64,000 bases of DNA from Clostridia bacterium (GCA_900765095.1 CAAFRB010000012.1:1199-65198), one strand, 5' to 3'; shown: positions 20,139 to 28,956, numbered from the stretch's first letter. Notes: generated by a model not told the origin, from the letters alone. Program-made: numbers and translations.

Positions 20139-21350
20139 CTAATTTTTAGCTTTAAAATTATATATTGGTCTTATTATTTTTTTGATTTCTACTGTATCTT
20201 GTATATTATCTATTATTTCTTGCATAGGCTTGTAAACAAACGGAGCTTCATCTATTGTTTCTATTGCAACTGATGTTGTATATATGCCTTCCATAGATTT
20301 TTTAAATTCTTCTAACGTAAATGTTTCTTTTGCTTTTATTCTTGACATTATTCTTCCTGCTCCATGTGGTGCTGAGAAATTCCAATCTTCATTTCCTTTA
20401 CCTATTGCAATAATACTTCCATCTTTCATATTTATTGGTATTAATACTTTTTCTCCTTTTCTAGCTGATATTGCTCCTTTACGAACTATATTATCTTTAA
20501 ATGAAATATAATTATGAACTGTTTCAAACATTATCCACTCAAATTTTTCATATTCTTCTTTATTAAAATAATTTTTTATAATTTCATGTGCTATATTAAC
20601 TCTGTTGCAGCACGCGTATTCTTGACATATTTGCATATCGTGTAAATACATTTCCCTATATTTGCCTTCTAAATAACACAAATTTTTTGGCAAATTGGGT
20701 TTATTATTTTTATATTCATTTTCTACATTTTTTAATGCACTTTGTATTTCTGACTTCTTTCCTTGCTCTTTATATGTTTTTATTATTTCTTCTTTTCTTT
20801 GATACATTTTTTCCTTATCAGAGCATAATTCTATAGCTAAATTTTGATAATACTCTGCAACCTGCTTTCCCATATTTCTTGAACCTGTATGTATTACTAA
20901 ATACTTATTATTTTCATCATCAATATCTATTTCTATAAAGTGATTTCCACCGCCTAATGTTCCTATTGATCTATTAAACTTTTCTGTTTCTTCAAGCTTA
21001 CTTAAACAATACAAATCATTTATTTTATCAAAATCACATAATTTATGTTCTCTTATATTTCTTCCAGCAGGTATAAATTTATTTACTATACTGTCTAATC
21101 TTTCCAAATTCAAATCAATATTTCCTAGTTCTATACATAGCATTCCACAGCCTATATCTACACCAACGATATTAGGTATAACTTTATTTCCTAAATCTGC
21201 TGTAAAACCTATTACACATCCCTTTCCCGCGTGAACATCAGGCATTATCCTTACTTTACAGTCTTTAAAAGATTCTTGCTCTAATAATTCAGATATCTGT
21301 TCTACAGCCTCATCTTCAATATTGTTAGTAAATATCTTTAAATCTTTCAT
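20139..21350 (-). CDS. rtcB: RtcB-family RNA 3'-phosphate ligase (phage-encoded)
   Basis: RtcB metal-binding motifs RIMPDVHAGKGCVIGF, VGVDIGCGM and HTGSRNMGKQVAEYY are in the expected order. The 403-aa length is consistent with compact RtcB proteins. Confidence 0.75.
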   Translation of the reverse strand: MKDLKIFTNNIEDEAVEQISELLEQESFKDCKVRIMPDVHAGKGCVIGFTADLGNKVIPNIVGVDIGCGMLCIELGNIDLNLERLDSIVNKFIPAGRNIREHKLCDFDKINDLYCLSKLEETEKFNRSIGTLGGGNHFIEIDIDDENNKYLVIHTGSRNMGKQVAEYYQNLAIELCSDKEKMYQRKEEIIKTYKEQGKKSEIQSALKNVENEYKNNKPNLPKNLCYLEGKYREMYLHDMQICQEYACCNRVNIAHEIIKNYFNKEEYEKFEWIMFETVHNYISFKDNIVRKGAISARKGEKVLIPINMKDGSIIAIGKGNEDWNFSAPHGAGRIMSRIKAKETFTLEEFKKSMEGIYTTSVAIETIDEAPFVYKPMQEIIDNIQDTVEIKKIIRPIYNFKAKN

Positions 21351-21353
21351 AAT

Positions 21354-21569
21354 CTATCCTCCTTTTACAAGCAAAAACAAATATTTCATGCTTGTTACTA
21401 TATTTGCTGAAATTAAGTAGCCCAAGCTCATCATTATCCAAAAAACTTCTGCTGCACAATTCTTTTTTGATAGTACACTATGGAATATTTCACATATGCA
21501 ATCAACTACCAAATATAAACAAAATATTCCTAGATACAAATTAAAATTCATTATTAAATTAAATATCAT
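21354..21569 (-). CDS. Small hydrophobic membrane protein (71 aa)
   Basis: Two predicted TM segments; AT-rich and low complexity, so it may not be a real gene. Confidence 0.3.
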   Translation of the reverse strand: MIFNLIMNFNLYLGIFCLYLVVDCICEIFHSVLSKKNCAAEVFWIMMSLGYLISANIVTSMKYLFLLVKGG

Positions 21570-21597
21570 GTCTTTTCCTCCTATCTCTTTTTTGATA

Positions 21598-21903
21598 TTA
21601 TTTTATACACACACCCAACTTGTTCATTTCACTTACTATAGTGTTATAATCACTCGGTGTTAAATGCTTAGTTCGGTACGCATCTATGTTGCTATAGATT
21701 TCTTTCATGATTTTCGGAAGTCTTTCTTTACCAAAACCAAGTTTGTAATTTATTGTATAAGCAGTCATATAAAACACTATATCTGATACAGATTTCATCC
21801 CGTCTTTTACGCCTTGTTCATAAACGTCCGATAAAGTCTTGTCCATTATCATTTTGTTGCTAACACCTAAATGGTTACATCTTCTACGTTCTGCTCTGTT
21901 CAT
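21598..21903 (-). CDS. Hypothetical phage protein (101 aa)
   Basis: ORF only. Confidence 0.4.
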   Translation of the reverse strand: MNRAERRRCNHLGVSNKMIMDKTLSDVYEQGVKDGMKSVSDIVFYMTAYTINYKLGFGKERLPKIMKEIYSNIDAYRTKHLTPSDYNTIVSEMNKLGVCIK

Positions 21904-21915
21904 TTTAATCCACCT

Positions 21916-22281
21916 CTATATTTTTTCTGATAAATCATCATTGTGTATTCCAAAAGGTAACTCAAAACCTTTTTCAAACACCCATAAATGATACATGTTT
22001 GCTTCATCTATCAACCTATCTTTTCTTGGAAATACTTCTATTGCTACTCTGTCTTCTCCAAATAATGTATCTTTTATCCATTGCTTTTCTGCCCAAGGTA
22101 TATCTGTACTGCTTGCATTTCTAATTGCACAATGAGTTACTTTTCCCCATTTAGTTTCTATGTCTCTAGTCAAACACACATATTTGTTTTCAAACTTGTA
22201 GACATGATTTATATTTGCAAACCAACCCGTTCCTATTCTCAATGATTTTGGACTAGGTTTTTCTATCCAAATTTTATTCAT
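21916..22281 (-). CDS. Hypothetical phage protein (121 aa)
   Basis: ORF coupled to the RusA gene. Confidence 0.4.
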   Translation of the reverse strand: MNKIWIEKPSPKSLRIGTGWFANINHVYKFENKYVCLTRDIETKWGKVTHCAIRNASSTDIPWAEKQWIKDTLFGEDRVAIEVFPRKDRLIDEANMYHLWVFEKGFELPFGIHNDDLSEKI

Positions 22282-22615
22282 TTAACACCTCTTCAATCTC
22301 TAAAATAACTTTAAACTCTTTGCCATATTCGAATTTATCAGTAAAACCAATTACCCAGTTACGGTTATCATTTTCGAGTTTTTCACATTTTTGTAATGCA
22401 TCTAGTATAAACTTCTTAGCAAAGCAAATATTATCTAAATCTCGCCTTTTATTTGCTTCAACCCATGTAAAGTTAATTCTTATTGGCTTATTAAACCTAG
22501 GTAATTGATTTATAAAATAGCCTATATCATTCTCAACATTGTTTTTCATTTTTCCAGCAGAATATCTATTTCTCCTGCACTCATTTATGTACTCATTCAA
22601 GCTTGGAAGCTTCAT
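22274..22615 (-). CDS. rusA: RusA-family Holliday junction resolvase
   Basis: MKLPSLNEY start and catalytic-region motif RRDLDNICFAKKFILDAL (the D-x-D-N-x-x-x-K pattern of RusA). Confidence 0.65.
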   Translation of the reverse strand: MKLPSLNEYINECRRNRYSAGKMKNNVENDIGYFINQLPRFNKPIRINFTWVEANKRRDLDNICFAKKFILDALQKCEKLENDNRNWVIGFTDKFEYGKEFKVILEIEEVLNE

Positions 22616-22955
22616 CGGTATCTCGATTTTTATCATTTGCTTTCTCCATTCTTCTTTTTATTTTTTTAGCATACTCTAGTACAGCTTGGGCACTTCTGCC
22701 ATTAAACAAATCATATCTAGAAATCTCTTGTGGTGTCATACCCTCTTTTAGGAAGTCTTTGATTATCCTGCTGTCGCTATCAGTCCAATTTTTATACACT
22801 TCTGTTCTCTTCTTTTTTGGCTCGTGCAGAAGATCATATCTGTGAAAACATTCTTTGTAGCCAAATTTAGTTTCAAAAACCATTAAATCCTTTTGTTCAT
22901 TCACTTTATCTGGATAAACTTCAAGCAATTCATATTCTTTTCCTGCGATTTTCAC
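22593..22955 (-). CDS. Hypothetical phage protein (120 aa)
   Basis: ORF only. Confidence 0.4.
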   Translation of the reverse strand: MKIAGKEYELLEVYPDKVNEQKDLMVFETKFGYKECFHRYDLLHEPKKKRTEVYKNWTDSDSRIIKDFLKEGMTPQEISRYDLFNGRSAQAVLEYAKKIKRRMEKANDKNRDTDEASKLE

Positions 22956-22960
22956 TTATT

Positions 22961-23170
22961 TCACCTCCTAAGTTTATATTTAATATAATCTTTCACCTTG
23001 CCGTTTTTTCTCTTGCGTACCCATTCTTTTTCGAATACATATCCGTCTTTTTGTAAGTTGTCTATTCTTGCTCCCAACTGAGTTATGCCTAAGTGAGCAT
23101 AGGCTTCATAGCTGCTTATACTTCCGTGTTTTTGTATGTATTCAATAATCTGTGCTTTCTGATTTTTCAT
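22961..23170 (-). CDS. Small winged-helix DNA-binding protein (69 aa)
   Basis: HTH-like segment SISSYEAYAHLGITQLGARIDNLQKDGY with a basic C-terminus. Confidence 0.4.
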   Translation of the reverse strand: MKNQKAQIIEYIQKHGSISSYEAYAHLGITQLGARIDNLQKDGYVFEKEWVRKRKNGKVKDYIKYKLRR

Positions 23171-23185
23171 TTGTATCCCTCCAAT

Positions 23186-23938
23186 TTAGTTCATATAAAA
23201 TCTATTTAAGTCACCAAATTGTGTATGTTCTGCTTTATAAGCATTAGCTATTCCTTTTTGCTCTTTATCTTTCTTTTTATTCTCGTTTTGTGCATCAAGC
23301 AGACTTTTCACATTTGCTTTTTGCCAGTTATTTAATATCGCCTTTATGTAATTTATTGTTTTTGCACCAGCTTCAACTGCTAATTGCATTGCATATATGA
23401 TAATGTCATCTGCAAAATCGCTCCTATAACTATTCAAAGTTTCAAAAATAAACGGACTTATAGTGCCAAAATTCTGTTCGTAGAATTTAACAACCTCGTC
23501 AACACAACTGTCAGGTTGATGAGAACCGTCAGCACGACTGTCGCTCTCTACTACATTTACATTTTCATTATTATTTTCATTTACATTTTCATTATCATTT
23601 TCATTAGGGGTTACGTTGGGGTTTTCTTCAATAACCCCAGTGGGGTTTTTTAGGGGTTTTTCTTTTTTAGGTCTACCTCCTAACTTTCCAAATTCTGCAC
23701 CCTTACAGCCATTCTCATATCTAGTGTTATTAGCATTTAGTTGCGGCTTTATTAAAGTAAATACTGCTTTTTCTATCCCGCTAAGTTTCTCTTCTTTTTC
23801 TTCAAACTGATATGCAAAAATAGTATTATATAGTTTTGTTTGCATCTCTGATGGTAGTTCTTTTATTGCGTCATAAAAACTCCTATAAAAAATAAAACTA
23901 TCTTTTTTCACGTTCCACCAACTTTCTCTGTTGTACAA
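23186..23938 (-). CDS. DnaD-domain phage replisome organizer / replication initiator
   Basis: N-terminal replisome-organizer region and C-terminal DnaD-like domain YAMQLAVEAGAKTINYIKAILNNWQKANV. An Asn/Glu-rich linker is encoded by 12-bp iterons. Confidence 0.7.
   Translation of the reverse strand: MYNRESWWNVKKDSFIFYRSFYDAIKELPSEMQTKLYNTIFAYQFEEKEEKLSGIEKAVFTLIKPQLNANNTRYENGCKGAEFGKLGGRPKKEKPLKNPTGVIEENPNVTPNENDNENVNENNNENVNVVESDSRADGSHQPDSCVDEVVKFYEQNFGTISPFIFETLNSYRSDFADDIIIYAMQLAVEAGAKTINYIKAILNNWQKANVKSLLDAQNENKKKDKEQKGIANAYKAEHTQFGDLNRFYMN
23555..23606. repeat. Four-plus tandem 12-bp iterons (ATTTACATTTTC / ATTAT(T/C)ATTTTC) followed by a G-rich inverted repeat; putative phage origin
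   Basis: Direct reading: atttacattttcattattattttc atttacattttcattatcattttc atta, then ggggtt..aacccc..tggggtttttt aggggttttt at 23607-23665. Confidence 0.6.
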
Positions 23939-24014
23939 AAAAGAGGTAGTACAATCATTTGTCTATGTAGCCCTGACTTGCACTACCTCCAATCTTGAAG
24001 TATTTTTTATTTAT

Positions 24015-24425
24015 TTAGAATGGTAGATCATCATCTGTAACTTTAAAACCAGAATTACTTGTTTGTTCTGTTGCAAATGGATCTCCCATATTTTCTTTCT
24101 TACTATCTGCAAAATAAACATGTTCTGCTACTACCTTTGTTGTATAAACTCTTTTTCCATCTTTATCATCATAACTACCAGTTTCAATTCTTCCTGTTAC
24201 TCCAACTTGTTGACCTTTTTTAAAATATTTCGATACAAATTCTGCTGTCTTGTTCCATGCTAGTATTGTTATAAAATCTGCTTTTTGTTCATCTTCGGGT
24301 TTTACATATGCTCTATTAACTGCTAAATTAAATTGCGTAACCATGACATTACTTTGTTGTGTATATCTCACTTCAGGTTCTGCAGTTAGTCTTCCGATTA
24401 AATTCACACTATTCATTCGTATCAT
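24015..24425 (-). CDS. ssb: Single-stranded DNA-binding protein
   Basis: OB-fold N-terminus MNSVNLIGRLTAEPEVRYT and acidic tail ending DDDLPF. Confidence 0.9.
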   Translation of the reverse strand: MIRMNSVNLIGRLTAEPEVRYTQQSNVMVTQFNLAVNRAYVKPEDEQKADFITILAWNKTAEFVSKYFKKGQQVGVTGRIETGSYDDKDGKRVYTTKVVAEHVYFADSKKENMGDPFATEQTSNSGFKVTDDDLPF

Positions 24426-24666
24426 CTCCTAAAATTTCTTTCATTTTATCTAAAAATGTTTCTTGTGCTATTATAATTTCTTCTATTTTTCGATCATCGA
24501 TTTCATTTTTAGCCATTTTGTCGAAAATACTTTCTCTTATATCAGTTGTTTTTTTATCAAGATACATTGCTTTTATTTTAATATTTTTATCTTTAAATTT
24601 CTCCAACATTCTTTCTAACATTTCTCCTAATTCTCTCATCAACTTTTTTTCATTATCCATTTTCAT
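24409..24666 (-). CDS. Hypothetical phage protein (85 aa)
   Basis: ORF only. Confidence 0.4.
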   Translation of the reverse strand: MKMDNEKKLMRELGEMLERMLEKFKDKNIKIKAMYLDKKTTDIRESIFDKMAKNEIDDRKIEEIIIAQETFLDKMKEILGDDTNE

Positions 24667-24722
24667 TCTTTCCTTTCTATTTTTTCTCTCTTAGTTTAAT
24701 CAATCTCGATTGCCAATATTTT

Positions 24723-24980
24723 TTATTGCCGATGTACTTTCAGATGGCACTCCAAACATAATAAAAATAAATTATTAAAATCATCTATTTTGCTTCTATC
24801 TTCAGATTTATAAATTATATGATGAATATGTACTCCAGCTTGTCCACAAAGTCCGCATTTACCTTTAAAAAGCTTTTTAATTTTGTTTCGATTAGTTTTA
24901 CTAATGTCTTTTGGCTTTGCTTTTAAGACCGTTTTTGAGTTCTTAGGAAATGCTATTCCAACCCAATCTTTCATCTCCAA
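24723..24980 (-). CDS. HNH endonuclease (small)
   Basis: CGLCGQAGVHIHHIIY ... LLCLECHLKVH zinc-finger HNH motif. Confidence 0.7.
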   Translation of the reverse strand: MEMKDWVGIAFPKNSKTVLKAKPKDISKTNRNKIKKLFKGKCGLCGQAGVHIHHIIYKSEDRSKIDDFNNLFLLCLECHLKVHRQ

Positions 24981-25510
24981 GCCTCCTTTAATCGTTCAAG
25001 TTCAGCAGGTGTCAGTGTTTCTATATTTTGCAATTTGCATTCTTCCACGATATTGTCTACTAGCCTTGACATTTCTTTGCTGTCATAAACACTTGAGCCA
25101 TACCAAGCCACCACATTCGTATAGCCATTCAATTTAGAAGGTACTGTCTCACATAACCAGCCTAAGCCGTTGTTTTGCCATACCGCTTTATACCTTTCTA
25201 CTGCCTCGTTTTTTACTGGTACTATTTCTCTGACCCCTACTTCATATATCGCCTTTCTGTACACTTCTACCGGCTTAATATTTAACTTTTCAGCAAGTTT
25301 ATTGATTAAAACCCAGCAATATGCGTTTGCATCCCAAGAACGTTTTTTACGATATTTCTTAGCTTCTACAGATAACTTGTCTAAGTCTTTTATCTCATCG
25401 AGTTCTGCAAGTGCCGCTCTTTCGTTCATTATGAATGTTATTTTTGGTTTATTAGTTCTAAAATCGATGCTTACATCCGATATTGTTCCTGTGAATTTCA
25501 AACTTATCAC
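24971..25510 (-). CDS. Hypothetical recombination-module protein (179 aa)
   Basis: ORF sits between the HNH gene and the MBL-fold gene; no recognisable motif. Confidence 0.4.
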   Translation of the reverse strand: MISLKFTGTISDVSIDFRTNKPKITFIMNERAALAELDEIKDLDKLSVEAKKYRKKRSWDANAYCWVLINKLAEKLNIKPVEVYRKAIYEVGVREIVPVKNEAVERYKAVWQNNGLGWLCETVPSKLNGYTNVVAWYGSSVYDSKEMSRLVDNIVEECKLQNIETLTPAELERLKEAWR

Positions 25511-26142
25511 CTCTCTATGTGTTCGTGCATAAAAACATATTCTGAATTTTCTCCCATATTATTTAGTAAAAATTCTGTGGCTTGTTGCTTACTCAAATGG
25601 CTATCTTTTGCTCTAAACTCATATACATACTCACAATTTTGTTGCTTTTCTTTTATTCTCTCTTCTATCTCATCTTCGTCATAATTGCCCTCTATAAGAT
25701 ACAAGTCATAATTTTTTGCTGATATTCCTTCAACTGTTCTAGTATCTGTCATATAAATCACTTTATAATCATCAAATAGTACTCTGTAACCGCATTGTGG
25801 TACATCGTGATATAATTTGATTGGTACAACTTTAAATAGCTTATAATCGTATCTCGTGCCAATTTGGAGTACATCTATATTTTTTCTTTCAACTCCACAT
25901 TCAAGCAATGGTTTTAATAGCCAATCACAACAAGCGAACCTCAAAGTTGGTCTTTCTTCTGCTAATCTCTTTATTGTTTCTTTTTTAAAATGATCTGAAT
26001 GAATATGCGTAAGAAGTACTATTTTTAATTTTTTATAATACTTCTCAAGCCTTTTAAAACTCACTCCACAATCTATTAAAATAAAATCTCCAATTATTAC
26101 TGCATTTCCTGTGCTACAACTAGATATGATTTTATATCTCAT
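25507..26142 (-). CDS. Metallo-beta-lactamase-fold hydrolase (phage recombination-associated)
   Basis: LLTHIHSDH (HxHxDH) motif. Confidence 0.7.
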   Translation of the reverse strand: MRYKIISSCSTGNAVIIGDFILIDCGVSFKRLEKYYKKLKIVLLTHIHSDHFKKETIKRLAEERPTLRFACCDWLLKPLLECGVERKNIDVLQIGTRYDYKLFKVVPIKLYHDVPQCGYRVLFDDYKVIYMTDTRTVEGISAKNYDLYLIEGNYDEDEIEERIKEKQQNCEYVYEFRAKDSHLSKQQATEFLLNNMGENSEYVFMHEHIER

Positions 26143-26821
26143 TCATTGATACCTCTTTTGTTTCTTCCGACTGTTCTGTAACATCAGCTTGTACTTCAAT
26201 TGGTTCCTGTTGTGGAATTTCTTGTTGCATTTCTTCAGCCTCGTACATTCCAGCCAAATCTTCTACAAATGTTTCTCTTAATGCTCTTACTTTTGCAACC
26301 TTTTCAACCATTGTTGCTCCTTTATTTCCCCAATTTGAATTTAATTGACCTTGCCCTGTTTTCTGTGCAACTTCATTAAAACTTACACTTGAATATGTAG
26401 GGTGTGACCAATCTTTTCTAAATACTCTTGCCCATCCACCTACAAGTTGTTCTGTTCCTAACCTAAATGTTCCTTGTCTTTCTTCTATAGTTCCATCTTC
26501 TTTTTGAACTATAATTCCACATTCCATACCATCATAATTTGGGTTTAAAACAGCTCTTTTCAATATTGCATCTTTTCCGACAACTAATTGGGCTGGTGTT
26601 CCTGCTTTGTATTTAATCAGATATGCTTCTCTCAAAAATGGATTTAATTTTCTAACTTTACAAAGTTCTGTAAATAACTTAAATTCTTGATTTGTAATAG
26701 GAACATCACTGCCAACAATATATTCTTGTACTATTTTTTTGCTTAATTTTATTTCTTGCCCTTCCACATCAAATTTAACTACTAGTTCTTGTTTTTGTTC
26801 TGCTGCTTCATTATTACTCAT
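26132..26821 (-). CDS. recT: RecT-family single-strand annealing protein
   Basis: RecT-like core NPNYDGMECGIIVQKEDG...QLVGGWARVFRKDW. The start was moved to MSNNEAAEQ (ATG 26819-26821, RBS AAGGAGTG), which removes the overlap with the upstream HNH gene. Confidence 0.65.
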   Translation of the reverse strand: MSNNEAAEQKQELVVKFDVEGQEIKLSKKIVQEYIVGSDVPITNQEFKLFTELCKVRKLNPFLREAYLIKYKAGTPAQLVVGKDAILKRAVLNPNYDGMECGIIVQKEDGTIEERQGTFRLGTEQLVGGWARVFRKDWSHPTYSSVSFNEVAQKTGQGQLNSNWGNKGATMVEKVAKVRALRETFVEDLAGMYEAEEMQQEIPQQEPIEVQADVTEQSEETKEVSMNEI

Positions 26822-26828
26822 TTCAAAA

Positions 26829-27362
26829 TCACTCCTTAAACTTAAAAATATATCCACCAGCTGTTTTTCTCTTCTTATTACAACATTCGCTGATATGTCC
26901 AGATTTAATTCCGGTCTGTCTTTCAACTTCCATCATTGATTTCCATTCTTTAATAAAAATATTATTTTTACTAAATTGTTGAATTTCTTTATGGTTATGG
27001 TGTAATTCATTAAATTTTCCAACGTTTACTTTGCCCATATGCCCTTGTTTTTTGGCATAGTCTAGGTTTTTTTGATGAGTACACCATTCTAAATTTTCAA
27101 TTTTATTATTCTTCCTGTTATTATCTTTGTGATTTACTTCTGGTAAATTATTGGGATTAGGTATAAATGTTTCTGCCACTAATCTGTGTAAATAGTAATT
27201 TTTATATTTTCCACTAACATTTATTTTGCAAAACAAATATCCATTTCCATTATCATAATTCTTTCGATTGTTCTTATTAACTCTATGCCTTATATTGCCT
27301 AATGAACTAATTTCGTAATTAGGATGTTTTAAAATTACCTTCCATATTTCATTCATAATCAT
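26829..27362 (-). CDS. HNH homing endonuclease (NUMOD4 + HNH_3 type)
   Basis: N-terminal WKVILKHPNYEISSLGNIRH (NUMOD4-like) followed by YLHRLVAETFIPNPNNLPEVNHKDNNRKNNKIENLEWCTHQKN (HNH_3). Confidence 0.7.
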   Translation of the reverse strand: MIMNEIWKVILKHPNYEISSLGNIRHRVNKNNRKNYDNGNGYLFCKINVSGKYKNYYLHRLVAETFIPNPNNLPEVNHKDNNRKNNKIENLEWCTHQKNLDYAKKQGHMGKVNVGKFNELHHNHKEIQQFSKNNIFIKEWKSMMEVERQTGIKSGHISECCNKKRKTAGGYIFKFKE

Positions 27363-28185
27363 AATTACCTTTTTCTAAAAATTCTTTTAAAGCTCTTAGT
27401 TTTGTTCTTGTTCCTTTTACAGTAAATTTCAATGTTAAAATTTCTTCATTCTCTTCTTTTGGTTGTTCTAATGGTTGATTAAATACATTTTCTAATTGTT
27501 CATAACTTTCTCGAGTTATTTCATGATTCTCATTCATTTCAATATGCACTACTTTTTGTTCTTGCCTTTTCTTTTCTTCTTCAATAGCTTTAAACCTATT
27601 TGTTACTATTGTTATAGCTTGGCTCACATTTAAGCTTTGTTTATATTCAACTAAAATCTCTGCTTTGTGTTCCTGTGTATCTATAAGATTTAAATCATCC
27701 ACAATTTTATCTATGAAATTCTTAGCTTGCTCTTTTAAGCTTTTCATACTTGCTGTTAAAGTAATGTTAATATTTGCTTGCTCGTATTTTATAAAATCGA
27801 TATTTTTTGAATTTAAGTATTCGTTAAAGTAATTTACTATCTCTGCTTTTTTATTTGCTTTTAACTCATTTTCAACAGTATCAATCTTGTTTTTTAGTTC
27901 TACATCTGCCGCTTTATACTTATCTGATATGTACTTTTTATATGAGATTTCAAAATCTTCATAAGGTTTCATTATTTCAGATTTTACTTGCTTTCTTTTG
28001 TCTTCAAATTCCTTCGACTCTTTATTTAAAGTTGCTCTAATTTCTTTTATTGTTTTTACATTTTCTTCTGTACAAACCAAAGCAACTGCATTATTTACTT
28101 TCTCGTCTATTTCATCACTTGCTTTTTTAAGCTGTTCTTCAATAATTGGCAACTGTTTTATAACAATTAAGTTATTCTCATCCAT
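27349..28185 (-). CDS. DUF1351-like phage protein (278 aa)
   Basis: Coiled-coil protein upstream of the recT module; this arrangement is common in Firmicutes siphophage early regions. Confidence 0.45.
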   Translation of the reverse strand: MDENNLIVIKQLPIIEEQLKKASDEIDEKVNNAVALVCTEENVKTIKEIRATLNKESKEFEDKRKQVKSEIMKPYEDFEISYKKYISDKYKAADVELKNKIDTVENELKANKKAEIVNYFNEYLNSKNIDFIKYEQANINITLTASMKSLKEQAKNFIDKIVDDLNLIDTQEHKAEILVEYKQSLNVSQAITIVTNRFKAIEEEKKRQEQKVVHIEMNENHEITRESYEQLENVFNQPLEQPKEENEEILTLKFTVKGTRTKLRALKEFLEKGNYDYE

Positions 28186-28187
28186 TT

Positions 28188-28316
28188 CTATTCTCCTTCC
28201 AGTATCCTTAGTTTTTTATTTAATTCGTCTAAACTTTCATAATCTTTGTCGGTTAAATGATCTGCCATACAAATAAAAAATATTTGCTTTTCAATCTCTT
28301 CAATTTCGTTTGGCAT
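28188..28316 (-). CDS. Small ORF (42 aa) with strong RBS
   Basis: Manual translation MPNEIEEIEKQIFFICMADHLTDKDYESLDELNKKLRILEGE; RBS AAGGAGGAAAAT precedes the ATG. Confidence 0.3.
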   Translation of the reverse strand: MPNEIEEIEKQIFFICMADHLTDKDYESLDELNKKLRILEGE

Positions 28317-28414
28317 ATTTTCCTCCTTGATTTTCTATTAAAATTATGTTAATATACATATATAAAAATACTTATATATGTGTTTTTTGAGAACTAGGGT
28401 TTCATTTGGTCGTG

Positions 28415-28678
28415 TTATCTAGTTCTCTCTTTTTGTGCTAATTTTTCAATTTCTTCATTTACATACTTTCTGATATTCAGCGTTGTACAATTTGCTCTAA
28501 TGCTTGTCATATCTTGAATATGTAGTAATATTCTCATTATTTCATCATCTCTTAACTTCGCTAATGTTTCTGCTCTGTGTTCCAGGTCGTCAATGCAATG
28601 GTCTTTATAGCTTAGATTTAAAAATAATATACATATTACACTTATACAGCCTATTAACGCATATAACATAATCTTCAC
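28415..28678 (-). CDS. Small membrane-anchored protein (87 aa)
   Basis: N-terminal TM segment LYALIGCISVICILFL. Confidence 0.4.
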   Translation of the reverse strand: MKIMLYALIGCISVICILFLNLSYKDHCIDDLEHRAETLAKLRDDEIMRILLHIQDMTSIRANCTTLNIRKYVNEEIEKLAQKERTR

Positions 28679-28736
28679 TCCTTTCTATTTAATAATTTTT
28701 AGTACTTGTCCTGGATAAATGATGCAGTCGTTTAAT

Positions 28737-28952
28737 TCATTTAATTCTCTTAGCTCGTATAAGTACGAACGAACATCTTGTCCAGTTTTTTTTATATTCG
28801 CAAGAGATAGACCACAGTGTATCTCCTACAGATACCATATAATTTTCGGTTTTAATGCTTTTATATGCTACGCATTTGTTTAATAATGCAATTAGAATTA
28901 TCATTAAAATCGTTATAGATGTTATAAATCTTTTTTTATTCACTATTTTCAT
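28737..28952 (-). CDS. Small membrane protein (71 aa)
   Basis: TM segment ITILMIILIALL. Confidence 0.35.
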   Translation of the reverse strand: MKIVNKKRFITSITILMIILIALLNKCVAYKSIKTENYMVSVGDTLWSISCEYKKNWTRCSFVLIRAKRIK

Positions 28953-28956
28953 ATCT

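Noticed and set aside
23555-23606. Possible CRISPR array (short direct repeats)
   Set aside because: The repeats are 12 bp, contiguous (no spacers), lie inside a CDS and encode an N/E-rich linker. They are iterons, not CRISPR.
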